Shown here one piece after another: positions 18,857 through 29,351 of a stretch of DNA of 64,000 bases. The notes beneath the pieces are model-generated. The model worked only from the letters and a program-made list of their open reading frames with translations. It was not told where the DNA came from and did not search any database. This stretch comes from Desulfamplus sp. (GTDB lineage: Bacteria > Desulfobacterota > Desulfobacteria > Desulfobacterales > Desulfobacteraceae), in contig JADFZJ010000018.1 in NCBI GenBank assembly GCA_015232555.1, positions 4,934 through 68,933 on the forward strand. Direction: 5' to 3'. Numbering within the stretch: the stretch's first letter is position 1; each line of letters starts with the position of its first letter. Position numbers and translations under genes: made by a program.

Positions 18857-19912
18857 TCACAGCACTGTTGATAATCTGCAAGCTACCTTAGTTTTAAGCT
18901 CGTTCAAATGGCAAACATTAAACTCTGCTGGAATAGCTCTCTGTTTGGCAAGTTTAAGCAAAAGGGAAAAGTGTTTTTCGACAAACTGTTGATCATCAGC
19001 AAAAAAGAGGATTTCAGGGGCAGCATTGATAAGGGCACGGCAAACCTCGTTGCTGTGTATTCTCAAGTCTGTCGTTGCACTGAAAAATTTATCAATATCT
19101 GTCTCTGACTGAATAATATTTGATATTTCTGAGGAAGAGAGAGGCTTGGAACAGAGCATTTTCCAGCTTTTTACGATCTTTGGCTGTGCAAAATCTTCGG
19201 AAAAACGGTAAGCCGAAAAGAAATTATCATTATCCAGAAAAAATGTCCTTGAAAAACCCAATGTTGCAAGACCTGTAAAGCAGGCAGAAGGGCAGAATAT
19301 GTCCTCTCTTGTGCCTGCAAAATCTGCCCATCCCCAAGGGTCAATCAATACAGCAAGAGGACCCTTGTTGAGCTTTGCGATCTCTCTTGCAACGCCCCCT
19401 TTCCCTGTCCAGCCGTCAACAAAAATTATGGTTCTGTCAGGAAAATCTCTCTCTATTGCCGAAAGTGCCACCTTATCAATGCCAATACCTACAAAAAGTG
19501 ACAAAGCTGCACCAACTGAACCAGGAAGCATCTGGCAGAGCCACTCTGTTATTGGCACTCCAGCCCTTAAAATTGAGACAAATAGAATTTTTTCAGGATT
19601 TGGCTGCCAGATTAAAATTGATGCTGCAAGTTTTCGAGCTGCCATATAAATTTTAGATTCAGATTTGTCGCTTGATTTAACTTGATGCCTGAATGCAGCT
19701 TCAACCTCCAGCCAAAAAGCATCGCTCAAATTTGGCTCAGGAGAAGGAGTTGACCAAAAAGTTATGCTGCCGTTATATGCTTTGCTCAGGGGACGAAAAA
19801 GATGAAGCTGGTTAAAGGGGTGAACTTCTTCCTCAAGTTTCAGATAAAAACGCTGATTCCATAGGAGATTATTAATTAAATATCGGTTTAACTTCAATAC
19901 CATGCTCTCCAA
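18857..19912 (-). CDS. StiP / PRTase_1-like protein of Ter-associated stress gene clusters
   Basis: FVSILRAGVP, GIGIDKVAL, IFVDGWTGKGG, DIFCPSA...GFSR and C-terminal NEVCRAL resemble the StiP family (SLARAGxP, FVDGWTGKG, GExTRVL); start uncertain. Confidence 0.72.
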   Translation of the reverse strand: MESMVLKLNRYLINNLLWNQRFYLKLEEEVHPFNQLHLFRPLSKAYNGSITFWSTPSPEPNLSDAFWLEVEAAFRHQVKSSDKSESKIYMAARKLAASILIWQPNPEKILFVSILRAGVPITEWLCQMLPGSVGAALSLFVGIGIDKVALSAIERDFPDRTIIFVDGWTGKGGVAREIAKLNKGPLAVLIDPWGWADFAGTREDIFCPSACFTGLATLGFSRTFFLDNDNFFSAYRFSEDFAQPKIVKSWKMLCSKPLSSSEISNIIQSETDIDKFFSATTDLRIHSNEVCRALINAAPEILFFADDQQFVEKHFSLLLKLAKQRAIPAEFNVCHLNELKTKVACRLSTVL

Positions 19913-21095
19913 GTTTTACGACCGCCTCCTGTTCTATATCTTTGTCAATTGGGTCACACAGGATAAAAACAGGATTCAGATCACGATTTTTGAGATTTTC
20001 GTAATTATATAGATAATATCTCTCTGCAAAGCTGATTTTGCTGAAAATTGATCTGTTGTCAACCTGCCATGGACTTAATGAAATCTGCTGAAACCTGATC
20101 TTATCATTTGACAGGGCAAGGCAGGCAGCCAAATCAATCGCCTCTCCAACTGCAAGTATTGTTCTTTTTGGTAACTCTTCGCTTTTTCGCCATTCAGACG
20201 AGATTTTATCAAAAGGCAGCCTCCATAGATCAGAGCAGATGAAATCGCCTGATTTAATGGCAAGAGCTGGTCTTTTTGAAGGAAGATGCCAGCCATTAAA
20301 TGTAGAGATTTGGCTATTATATTTATTATGCCCTGTAAAATTATCACTCACATTAGAACCTAACAAAGTAGAATTAGGCTTTTCATTGACATTATAACCT
20401 AACGAAGCAGGATTAGGATTTTCACTCATTACATTTAGGGTATGCACAGTGCACTCAATTTTATGCTGGGCAGTTTTTAGATAAAAATCAGATTTTTGCT
20501 CACTGTTACGAAAATCGGCAAAAGCAAATACACGCACACGGCTGATTTCAAGATGTTCGGACAACTGAACCATTAAATTATAAACTGTGTTGCCGCTGGT
20601 AATCTCATCTTCAACAATCCATATCTCCTTGAATGGTGAAGGCTCTCTTCTTATGCTACTGTTGTAGAGTTTAGATATTTTAGAAGAGCTTTTAGTATCA
20701 ATATTAGTGTTAATATATGTAGCAAGTGATGGGGACAATAAAGGTAGCGGCAATATATGATCCGGTCCGTGAGAGTGGCTCTCCTTGAAGGCTATTCCTG
20801 ATAAAGGTCTTCGGGTGGAGTATAAAATGCTGGTGTCAAGATTTCGTTCAAGCGTCTCTATATACATTAACAACGCAGGGATAATGCCAGATTCTGTAAG
20901 ACCAATAATTAATACCTGCTCTTGCATAGTATCCTGATTAATTCTTAAATCTTGAATCAATGCTGATAAATAGCCTTTGCATCTTAAAAAATCAGCAGAG
21001 GACGCGGGGTGTATTTTCCCAAGACATGCAAGTGTAAAAGCATCTTCTCTGAGCGGGTTATTCTCTCTTTTTAAGTGATAAAAATCTTTGGGCAA
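19872..21095 (-). CDS. PRTase_2 / TRSP-like phosphoribosyltransferase of Ter-associated clusters
   Basis: IIGLTESG, YSTR, FKESHSHGPDH and the PRPP-binding motif WIVEDEITSGNT; overlaps the StiP-like gene. Confidence 0.75.
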   Translation of the reverse strand: MPKDFYHLKRENNPLREDAFTLACLGKIHPASSADFLRCKGYLSALIQDLRINQDTMQEQVLIIGLTESGIIPALLMYIETLERNLDTSILYSTRRPLSGIAFKESHSHGPDHILPLPLLSPSLATYINTNIDTKSSSKISKLYNSSIRREPSPFKEIWIVEDEITSGNTVYNLMVQLSEHLEISRVRVFAFADFRNSEQKSDFYLKTAQHKIECTVHTLNVMSENPNPASLGYNVNEKPNSTLLGSNVSDNFTGHNKYNSQISTFNGWHLPSKRPALAIKSGDFICSDLWRLPFDKISSEWRKSEELPKRTILAVGEAIDLAACLALSNDKIRFQQISLSPWQVDNRSIFSKISFAERYYLYNYENLKNRDLNPVFILCDPIDKDIEQEAVVKLGEHGIEVKPIFN

Positions 21096-21231
21096 CTATT
21101 TTTTTCCTTACATAAAACTATATGTTCAAGGTGAAAGTTTAATTGTTTGCTTTGTCTATGAAGACATAATTTTTATATAACTTCAATGCAATGACTTACG
21201 CAACGAAAAATGAAAGTTAGTTAAGAGACTT

Positions 21232-24200
21232 TCATATAATATCAGACTTTTTTTCAACAACCTGCTGCAAACCCCTTATTGATTCAATTACAGGTCTTAA
21301 TACATTTTCCAAATTATCTATCAAGGTTTCAACAGAGTTTGTATCATTTTTAGATATTGCCTGCTCTAATGCCCATGCAGCATTATAAATATCATCAGCA
21401 GAGATATTTCCAGCAGCACCTTTAACAGAGTGAGCCATACGTTCTGCTTTATAAAGTTCTCCATTTTTTATTAAGGTTCGTATATCCTCAGCAGCAGATG
21501 CGTAATCCTTTAGAAAGTATGAAAGTAACTCTCTGTAGAGCCTTTTGTCTTTTAAGGCTCTATTGAGTCCTGACTCAACATCAATACCAGATATTTTATC
21601 AGGAAAATAAATCTCATCATCTTGTTTAACATAACCATCTTTAGAATAGGGAACACTTTTTTCTTCAACTAACCCAATGCCTGTTCTGTCAGCCTCTTTG
21701 TCTCTTGACTCTCTATATTTACTGACTGAATCTGTTTTTATCCATTGTGAAAGAATATTAAATAGATGTGCAGGGTCTATCGGCTTGCTTATGTAATCAT
21801 TCATTCCAGCATTAATACACGCCTCTTTTGAACCGCTTATGGCATGAGCAGTCATTGCAATAATAGGCAGATGTTTGAAACGTAAATCTTTACGGATTAG
21901 AGAGGTCGCTTCATAGCCTCCCATTACAGGCATCTGAACATCCATAAACACAAGATCATATTTCTGGGTTTTAAACTTGATGTTCATATCTATGTTAGCA
22001 ATTAAGGCTTCAATTGCCTCTTTACCGTTATTTGCAATATCTACAGTAATACCTGTGCTTTCAATAAGCTCTTTTGCTAAATGCTGATTCAAAAGATTAT
22101 CTTCAACAAGCAGAACCTTAGCACCGAACAAAAAATTAGTTAAACCACTTAATTCTGAATTTGCCACAAAACGGCTGCTGCAAATCTCAGAACTGTAATC
22201 AAATTTTGCAGTAAAAGAGAAAATGCTTCCTTTTTCAGGTTCACTCTCTACCTCTATATTGCCGTTCATCATCTCAATTAACCGTTTGGAAATGGCAAGC
22301 CCTAATCCAGTGCCTCCAAATTTGCGGGTAACTGATGTGTCTGCCTGAGAAAATGCTTCAAAAAGTCTGCTTTGCTCTTCATAGCTCATTCCAATGCCAG
22401 AGTCTTTGACTGAAAATTTCAGGATACAAAAATCTTTATTGCCTTCGGCTGGTTTAACACTAAGCGGCTCTACGATGAGCATCACATAACCTGACTCTGT
22501 GAATTTTACTGCATTATTTGCAAGATTGATTAAAACCTGTCCAAGGCGTACAGGATCTCCTCTCAAATTTAAAGGAACGCTGCTTTTAACATCAATAGTC
22601 AGTTCTATCCCTTTTTCTGAGGCTTTTACAGAGATCATATCTACTGTGTGTTTTATTACATCTTCAAGATTAAAATCAATACACTCTAATTGCAACTTTT
22701 CCGCCTCTATTTTGGAAAAATCAAGAATATCGTTGATTAATTCAAGAAGAGTTCTGGCTGAAACATCGATCTTGTTTAGGTAATCCCGCTGCTTTACTGA
22801 CAAATCAGTTTTAATGGCAAGTCCTAAAAAACCTATTATAGCATTCATAGGCGTTCTTATTTCGTGGCTCATGTTTGCCAAAAATTCGCTTTTAACTTTT
22901 GTTGCTGATTCAGCAGACTCTTTGGCTTTAATCAGCTCCTCTTTCTGTTTTTCAAGCTGCAATGTGCGTATTTTCACAAGTTCATGGACATTGTCACTGG
23001 CTTCTTTTAATGCTGTTATCATGCTCATAACAGCATTACCCAACACATCATCGGCTGATCTTGGTGTAACAGTGATATCCAAATTGCCCATACTTACCGC
23101 TTTAGCAGCACCTACCATCTCCTGAATATAAAGAATAAGTCTGCCAAACGACTGCTCTAATAATCCGATCTCATCATTTGACGAAAACCTCTCTATTTTA
23201 CAGTCAATATCTCCATCTGCAAGCCTGTCAGCCGTAGCTGCAAGAGATTTGATGGGTTTGACCATCTTAACCACAAAATATCCCATAATAACCAGAATAA
23301 GAGTAGTAAGCCAGAATAACACAAGGCTTATATTCAGTGATGAACGATATCTTTTTTCGATATCGTTTTTTAGTTTATCTGCCGAAATTTTAATCTGTTT
23401 ATCAATGTCAGCAGCGGCTGTCATAATACTATTCTGTTCATTCTTCATATCCTGCAATATCGGTTCAAACTCCAGCATAAGCTGACGTAAGTCTATTAAA
23501 TTCTTATTGTAAAGAGCTATGTTATGCCTCAGTGTTCTTGAGATATCTCCGAAAATTACTCCTGACGTTGTAACTTTAAGAAGTGCGGAATCAAACTCAT
23601 CAAGCGTTACTGATATATCTTTTATATCTTCATTGTTGCAGCTCTCTTGATTAACAACATCCGCTCCTCCTGCATTGTTGCAGTTCTCCTGATTAACAAC
23701 ACCTGCTCCTCCTGAATTGTTAATACGTTCGTTTACTCTATCAAGATATAGCGATATAAGCTTTGAAACCTGAAAAATAATTTGAAATCTAAACTGACGG
23801 TAAATAGGAAGTTGTGAACGAAGTTCTGATACTATGTAGGATAGTCCTTTATCTTCACCTTCGATGATCAGCTTTGTCTCTGCATAAGATATGGTATCAT
23901 CTAAAGAGGAGAGAGAATCTGCTATTATTTTGTCAATAGCGTTAAGAGTCTGTAATTGGTCATAGATTTTTGAGCATTGATTAATTATAGCCTCTAACTT
24001 TGCAACGAAATTTTTAAGCTGCCTATTCAAATCTTGAGGAAGAATATCTCCATGTTTATAGATAGTATGTCTTAAATTATCTAACAGAGGCTTTCCATCT
24101 GAGGCTGAAAATTTTTTCTGACTGGTGAATGTATTGATCATAAAAGTTGTATCTGAAAATAGCTGGCTCAACTCTCTGGAGACTATTGCATTGTCAATCA

Positions 24201-24351
24201 TATTGGTTACATCTTTATCCACAATAGTTATAATGGTTCGCTCAACATTCTTAAATAACAGGATATTTATCAAAAGAATTCCTGAAGCACCGATAAATAT
24301 CAAAAATGTTATAATAATAAGTTTAGTTATTATACTTGAACTAAATCGCAT
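21232..24351 (-). CDS. hybrid sensor histidine kinase (TM-HAMP-HisKA-HATPase-REC-HPt)
   Basis: [46 protein letters not shown] and the HPt motif [11 protein letters not shown]. Confidence 0.93.
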   Translation of the reverse strand: MRFSSSIITKLIIITFLIFIGASGILLINILLFKNVERTIITIVDKDVTNMIDNAIVSRELSQLFSDTTFMINTFTSQKKFSASDGKPLLDNLRHTIYKHGDILPQDLNRQLKNFVAKLEAIINQCSKIYDQLQTLNAIDKIIADSLSSLDDTISYAETKLIIEGEDKGLSYIVSELRSQLPIYRQFRFQIIFQVSKLISLYLDRVNERINNSGGAGVVNQENCNNAGGADVVNQESCNNEDIKDISVTLDEFDSALLKVTTSGVIFGDISRTLRHNIALYNKNLIDLRQLMLEFEPILQDMKNEQNSIMTAAADIDKQIKISADKLKNDIEKRYRSSLNISLVLFWLTTLILVIMGYFVVKMVKPIKSLAATADRLADGDIDCKIERFSSNDEIGLLEQSFGRLILYIQEMVGAAKAVSMGNLDITVTPRSADDVLGNAVMSMITALKEASDNVHELVKIRTLQLEKQKEELIKAKESAESATKVKSEFLANMSHEIRTPMNAIIGFLGLAIKTDLSVKQRDYLNKIDVSARTLLELINDILDFSKIEAEKLQLECIDFNLEDVIKHTVDMISVKASEKGIELTIDVKSSVPLNLRGDPVRLGQVLINLANNAVKFTESGYVMLIVEPLSVKPAEGNKDFCILKFSVKDSGIGMSYEEQSRLFEAFSQADTSVTRKFGGTGLGLAISKRLIEMMNGNIEVESEPEKGSIFSFTAKFDYSSEICSSRFVANSELSGLTNFLFGAKVLLVEDNLLNQHLAKELIESTGITVDIANNGKEAIEALIANIDMNIKFKTQKYDLVFMDVQMPVMGGYEATSLIRKDLRFKHLPIIAMTAHAISGSKEACINAGMNDYISKPIDPAHLFNILSQWIKTDSVSKYRESRDKEADRTGIGLVEEKSVPYSKDGYVKQDDEIYFPDKISGIDVESGLNRALKDKRLYRELLSYFLKDYASAAEDIRTLIKNGELYKAERMAHSVKGAAGNISADDIYNAAWALEQAISKNDTNSVETLIDNLENVLRPVIESIRGLQQVVEKKSDII
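23633..23721. repeat. in-frame 42-bp tandem duplication in the kinase periplasmic domain
   Basis: Two 42-nt units encoding [14 protein letters not shown] / [14 protein letters not shown]. Confidence 0.85.
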
Positions 24352-24405
24352 ATTGTCTCCGTTACTCTTAGCAATTAGCTGTCAGCTATTGTAAACGCAT
24401 TTAAC

Positions 24406-25809
24406 CTATTGAGGTGAGTCTATATATTGGTTTATCTGCTGATTTAGCTCTTTCATTGCTTTATCAGCAGGTTTCTTTCCTGATATTATTTCTGAAAGTG
24501 CCTTGCCTGTTTTCTCAAATATAAATGGTCCCTCCTTAATTATCGGAAGATAATTTGAATTTCCATGTGTTAAGGACTCTGTCATGCTGCTGGTAAATGC
24601 TCCGAATTTTTCTTTATATATTGGGCTGTGTAGAGCAGTTTTAGAGGTAACACCACAATTTGGTTCAATCTCAAGACCTTTTAGTTGAACCTTTTTTGAT
24701 GTAGCCCATGAAATAAATAGAAATGCCGCATCTCTGTTTTTACTGTATCTGTTTATGTACATCTGGTGAGTAACTAAAGCTGTATGCCCCCCTTTCAATT
24801 TTGCACCTAATTTTACAGGCATTAAAGCATATCCAGTTTTTCCAGCCACTCTTGATTTTACAGGGTCTTCATTAAAAGCACCATTTACAGTTGCATCAAT
24901 AGACATTGCAGCTTTCCCTCTGATAAATATATCTCGGTTTTCTATCCATCCAAACTGATTATAAGCAGGAGGTGCATATTTATTGAGTAAAGCAGCATAA
25001 AATTGTGCGGCTTCAACTGCTTCTGGAGTAAAGAGATCAGCTTGTCCTTGATCGTTCAGCCAATGCCCTCCAAATCCCCATAAAAACGATGCCCATATAT
25101 ATACGGAATGGATTCCTTCTCTTCCCCTCAATGTAATCCCATAAATCTGATTTTTGCTCTGCTCCTTGATCTGCCTTGCTGCATCCATAAGCTCTTCCAT
25201 TGTTTCAGGGACTTTTATTTTATACTGCTCAAAAAGGTCTTTTCTGTAATATAAAAAGGTGCTCTCTCCATACATAGGTAGACCATATAGAGTATTCCCA
25301 AGTTTTGCATCATTAATATAGGCTTCTACAAAGTCGCTTATATCAATATACCGCCCTAATCCACTGCTGTTTTGATCTATATTGATACTCGTATTATCTA
25401 TATTGGTGCTCTTGTTATCTTTTGTCTTACTATCTGAATCTGTTATATATTCTGTCAAAGGTTGGATATGTCCACTTACAGCCCATTCAACAGCATTTAT
25501 CCATGCGTCCATATAGACATCATATTCTGCTGATCTGCTGTTTAAGGTAGTTTTTGCCTTGTTTGTCTGCATTTCAAACGGTAAAACCTCTATATTGACC
25601 GCTATACCAGTTTCTGCCTCAAATTCAGGCAGCAATTTTGCAACAACCTTCTGTGTAGGGTGTTCTTCCATTAATGCGTTGAGCCTGACTCCTTCAAAAG
25701 GCTTATCAATAGCAGATGAAGTTGAGATATAAAAAAGATAAAACAGAACAGATAAACTAACTACATAAGACAATTGAGCAGTGAACGATTTTTTCATGAT
25801 GCTATCCAT
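24406..25809 (-). CDS. sugar-type ABC extracellular solute-binding protein (family 1)
   Basis: FEAETGIAVNIE, LYGLPMYGESTFLYYRKDLF, FLWGFGG, AFLFISWATS; no permease nearby. Start is probably ATG at 25797. Confidence 0.88.
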   Translation of the reverse strand: MDSIMKKSFTAQLSYVVSLSVLFYLFYISTSSAIDKPFEGVRLNALMEEHPTQKVVAKLLPEFEAETGIAVNIEVLPFEMQTNKAKTTLNSRSAEYDVYMDAWINAVEWAVSGHIQPLTEYITDSDSKTKDNKSTNIDNTSINIDQNSSGLGRYIDISDFVEAYINDAKLGNTLYGLPMYGESTFLYYRKDLFEQYKIKVPETMEELMDAARQIKEQSKNQIYGITLRGREGIHSVYIWASFLWGFGGHWLNDQGQADLFTPEAVEAAQFYAALLNKYAPPAYNQFGWIENRDIFIRGKAAMSIDATVNGAFNEDPVKSRVAGKTGYALMPVKLGAKLKGGHTALVTHQMYINRYSKNRDAAFLFISWATSKKVQLKGLEIEPNCGVTSKTALHSPIYKEKFGAFTSSMTESLTHGNSNYLPIIKEGPFIFEKTGKALSEIISGKKPADKAMKELNQQINQYIDSPQ

Positions 25810-25830
25810 TAAATACTTTTTTAAGAGTTC

Positions 25831-25896
25831 CTATACCTCAACACAGCTAAACATAAAGCATGATAACGAAACGGTTAAAACAATGATTTTTTTCAT
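25831..25896 (-). other. 21-codon signal-peptide-like ORF with strong RBS (remnant or small protein)
   Basis: AAGGAGAAAGAACT-ATG, then MKKIIVLTVSLSCFMFSCVEV-TAG. Confidence 0.35.
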
Positions 25897-25914
25897 AGTT
25901 CTTTCTCCTTTAGT

Positions 25915-26325
25915 TCACGAAAGAATAACTTTAAATTTTCTATTCCCTTGTATCCGATAAATTGTAAAATCTCTGTCTATGGTCGCAATAGTGTCCAAAT
26001 TCAGTTTTTCAGCAAGGTATACAAGGCAGGAGTCAGCAAAGTCCATTGGCAGGTCACGATATTTTTCTGTCAATTCTTTAATCCTTCCAAAATCTCTGTT
26101 TTCGATATTTACCAGTTCAACTGCTCCTCTATGTATCCACTCAATAAAATCTATCTGGGCATTTCTGTTAAAATCGAGCAGGTGCAGTGTCTCTGTAATT
26201 GACACAAGGGTTGTAATCAGAGGATATTTATTAGATTTTATAAACTTGATAACCTCATTGTGGTATTTATCAGAAGCATCAAACAAAGCTATTAACGGAC
26301 CGGAATCTATAAGTATTTTTTTCAT
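25915..26325 (-). CDS. vapC: PIN-domain toxin (VapC family)
   Basis: ILIDSGPLIALFD, ITET, MDFADSCLV and IATIDRDF are the PIN acidic tetrad motifs. Confidence 0.9.
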   Translation of the reverse strand: MKKILIDSGPLIALFDASDKYHNEVIKFIKSNKYPLITTLVSITETLHLLDFNRNAQIDFIEWIHRGAVELVNIENRDFGRIKELTEKYRDLPMDFADSCLVYLAEKLNLDTIATIDRDFTIYRIQGNRKFKVILS

Positions 26326-26570
26326 TGTCTTTTGACTTTGGCTTTGAGCTTATCTTTTATCAAATCCTTACGATTCTCCGATAAGTTTCCAAGACTACTT
26401 GAATATTTACCAAACAAATCCTTACCAGTTTCCCATGCGTTGGGCTGTTCAAGTTTGGAAATATATTCATTAATACTCTGACGGATTAACTCTGATTTAG
26501 TTAAACCCATTATTTTTGCAGTATTATTAATTGTTTGCTCTAACTCAGGGTTCAGTCTCAATGTAATCAT
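26322..26570 (-). CDS. ribbon-helix-helix (CopG-like) antitoxin
   Basis: MITLRLNPELEQTI...GLTKSELIRQSI; overlaps the vapC start by 4 nt. Confidence 0.85.
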   Translation of the reverse strand: MITLRLNPELEQTINNTAKIMGLTKSELIRQSINEYISKLEQPNAWETGKDLFGKYSSSLGNLSENRKDLIKDKLKAKVKRQ

Positions 26571-26582
26571 TTTATCACCTCC

Positions 26583-26622
26583 GTATTACATCTAAGTAAT
26601 ACAAAGTTAATTGAGATGTCAA
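26583..26622 (-). promoter_or_regulatory. TA promoter with palindromic operator over the -10 region
   Basis: Minus-strand TTGACA at 26622-26617; GTATTAC-N6-GTAATAC perfect inverted repeat at 26583-26602. Confidence 0.6.
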
Positions 26623-26817
26623 CCTCATTCTTAAAGCGGTCTTCTGAAAACCACTTCTCAGAAAACAGCCTTCTCCATGTCTAATTGGTAATAATAGTAA
26701 ATGAAAAACAATTTAACCTTGACAGAGTAAATGAATAACCATAATATATATAAATATTAAGTTAAATGAATCAGTTATAAAAAATCAAGAATAGTTAGAA
26801 GAGATTTGGAATACAAA

Positions 26818-27014
26818 ATGATTAGAAAAATTTTAGGATTTATCTTTGCAGTTTTAGCGGTAATGCAAATAATTATGGCTGATGCTTATGCTGATACCAT
26901 CAAAGCCGTAGGAATAGAATATTGTCCATAGAGCCTGCTGTACAAAGAATCAGCGGCGAACTCGCTGTAATACTTTCTAAATACGGTATTGAAGATTGGG
27001 AAAAAGATGACTAA
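26818..27014 (+). pseudogene. internally deleted family-3 solute-binding protein gene
   Basis: MIRKILGFIFAVLAVMQIIMADAYADTIKAVGIEYCP* (26818-26931) abuts IEPAVQRISGELAVILSKYGIEDWEKDD* in another frame (26928-27014). Confidence 0.65.
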
Positions 27015-29109
27015 AAAATTAACTTACGAAGAGTTAGAGCAGCGGAATAAAGAGTTAGAGTTGATTAACTCTGAGTATAAAAAAATAATGCTTAATAATA
27101 GCTGCGTTCCAAAAGATTACAACGTAAGTAGTTGTCCATACAGAGATACTAATACATATATCACCGAGCAGATAAGGACAGAAGAAGCATTAAGGGAGAG
27201 CGAAAGAAAATATCGTCTTATTGCTGATAATGCAGGAGATGTTATTTTTACTTTGGATTTAAATCTAAATTATACATATGTAAGCCCGTCAGTATATAAG
27301 CTCAGAGGTTTAACGCAAGAAGAGCTTATAAATCGTAATATCAAAGAGACCTTAACACCTAAATCTATGGAAATGGTTCTAACTCTTATCTCAGAACAGT
27401 TGGAAATTCAAAAAGAGTCTAACCATGACCCTGTGGTTATTGAGCTGGAGATGATAAGCAAAGACGGCAAAGTTCTCTGGACAGAGGTTAAAGCATCATT
27501 TCTTCGTAATAGAGATGGTAATATTTCAGGAATATTAGGTGTAACTCGCAATATCACTGAGCGTAAGCGTACAGAAGAAAAACTGCGTCTGACTCAATAT
27601 TCAATTAACAATATTGCAGACAGTATTTTCTGGATAGACAGATACGCAAATTTTCTCTTTGTAAATAGTGCTGCTTGCAAAAATCTTGGGTATTCTCAAG
27701 AAGAGTTACTTAAGATGAATATTTTTGATGTTGATCCTGTATTTGATAAAGAAAAATTGGAAGATCATTGGGAGAAAATTTCTAAACCAGGTGAGTTTGT
27801 TGTAATTGAGACGACTCATCTAACTAAGGATGGCAGAAAAATTCCTGTAGAGGTTACTTCCAATTTATTAGAATATGAGGGGAAACAATACAATATTGCT
27901 GTTGCCCGAGACATAACCATACGTAAACAGTCCGAGGCAAAGCAGAAAGAGCTTGAAGCCACTAACAGAAGACTTCAAAAGGCTGAAAGTCTTAGTCAAA
28001 TGGCTGGAGGAATTGCCCACTTATTCAATAACTATCTTTACGTTGTAACTGGAAATTTAGAACTTGCTTTGGAAGAGTTGTCTAAAGAATCGTTAATACG
28101 TGAGAACCTCTTTGAAGCACTCAAAGCTGCCCGCCGCTGTGCAGATGTCAGCGGGTCAATGCTGACATATCTTGGGCAAATTATTGTTCAGCGTGAATCC
28201 ATTGATATTACAGAATTTTGTAGGACAAATCTGCCTCAGCTTCAATTGTTAGTGAATAAAGGCATCACAATAGATGGAAATCTAACAGACAATCAATTTA
28301 TTGTCAGTGCTAATGCGGGTCAGATGCAGCAAATTCTTAATAATCTTATTATCAATGCATCTGAGAGCATAGGCAAAAATAAAGGCAGAATAGTGCTGGC
28401 TACAAAGATTATGTCAGCCTATGATATTCTTCAATTTAATATACTGCCTGTTGATTGCAAGCCGTCTGAAGATATATATGCCTGTATCGAAGTTACAGAT
28501 ACAGGATGTGGAATTCCCGAAAAAAATATTTACAAACTATTTGACCCTTTTTTTACGACTAAATTCACAGGAAGAGGTTTAGGACTTGCAGTTGTATTGG
28601 GAATAGTTAAAACATGGGGCGGTATGATTGGTGTGAGGAGTGAAGAAGGTTATGGAAGCTCCTTTATGGTTTTTCTCCCCCTTTCTGTAAAAAATACAGT
28701 TCAGCAGTCAATCGAGCCTGCCCAAAAGCAACAAAGAAATTCGTGCTTTACTGTATTGCTGGTTGAAGATCATGAGATGGTTCGTAATATGACAAAAACT
28801 ATGCTAAAACGCATAGGTTTTGAAGTTATAACGACTGTAAATGGATTTGAAGCTATAGATATGTTCAAACAGCATAAAGACTCTATCTGTTGCCTGATAA
28901 CTGATCTTTCCATGCCAGAATTGGATGGATGGGCAACATTAGCAGAAATAAAAAAAATTAACCCCGATATTCCAGCTATTTTAGCAAGCGGATATGATGA
29001 AGCTTTTGCCATGTCTGGAGATAATAAAGAGAAGCCGCATGCTTTTCTGCATAAACCCTACTCAATGACTGATTTGAAGCGTGCTTTAGAACAGGCTCTA
29101 AAAGGTTAA
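27007..29109 (+). CDS. cytoplasmic PAS-PAS hybrid histidine kinase with C-terminal REC
   Basis: MTKKLTYEELEQR start, two PAS/PAC domains, MAGGIAHLFNN, DPFFTTKFTGRGLGLA and LITDLSMP. The ATG at 27007 overlaps the remnant stop. Confidence 0.9.
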   Translation: MTKKLTYEELEQRNKELELINSEYKKIMLNNSCVPKDYNVSSCPYRDTNTYITEQIRTEEALRESERKYRLIADNAGDVIFTLDLNLNYTYVSPSVYKLRGLTQEELINRNIKETLTPKSMEMVLTLISEQLEIQKESNHDPVVIELEMISKDGKVLWTEVKASFLRNRDGNISGILGVTRNITERKRTEEKLRLTQYSINNIADSIFWIDRYANFLFVNSAACKNLGYSQEELLKMNIFDVDPVFDKEKLEDHWEKISKPGEFVVIETTHLTKDGRKIPVEVTSNLLEYEGKQYNIAVARDITIRKQSEAKQKELEATNRRLQKAESLSQMAGGIAHLFNNYLYVVTGNLELALEELSKESLIRENLFEALKAARRCADVSGSMLTYLGQIIVQRESIDITEFCRTNLPQLQLLVNKGITIDGNLTDNQFIVSANAGQMQQILNNLIINASESIGKNKGRIVLATKIMSAYDILQFNILPVDCKPSEDIYACIEVTDTGCGIPEKNIYKLFDPFFTTKFTGRGLGLAVVLGIVKTWGGMIGVRSEEGYGSSFMVFLPLSVKNTVQQSIEPAQKQQRNSCFTVLLVEDHEMVRNMTKTMLKRIGFEVITTVNGFEAIDMFKQHKDSICCLITDLSMPELDGWATLAEIKKINPDIPAILASGYDEAFAMSGDNKEKPHAFLHKPYSMTDLKRALEQALKG

Positions 29110-29273
29110 AATTAACATTATGAATATAAGCCGCTTCGCTGCAATTTTACCAGCCTACTGCTTTTTCAATGTTTAATTATAAGGCTTTCAGAATTACCCG
29201 CATAATTAAAAAGATATTGAAAAACTATGATTTTCTGCATATATTAATCAGCTTTACAGCTTTATAATATGAA

Positions 29274-29298
29274 TGTAACTTTTTAGCAAAAAGCTACA
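29274..29298. promoter_or_regulatory. candidate palindromic operator upstream of the glutamate synthase operon
   Basis: TGTAACTTTTT-AGC-AAAAAGCTACA; arms match at 10 of 11 positions. Confidence 0.4.
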
Positions 29299-29351
29299 AC
29301 TATTAATAATATATTGCTCAATCAATTGAAAATAACAAGGAGAAAAGAAGA

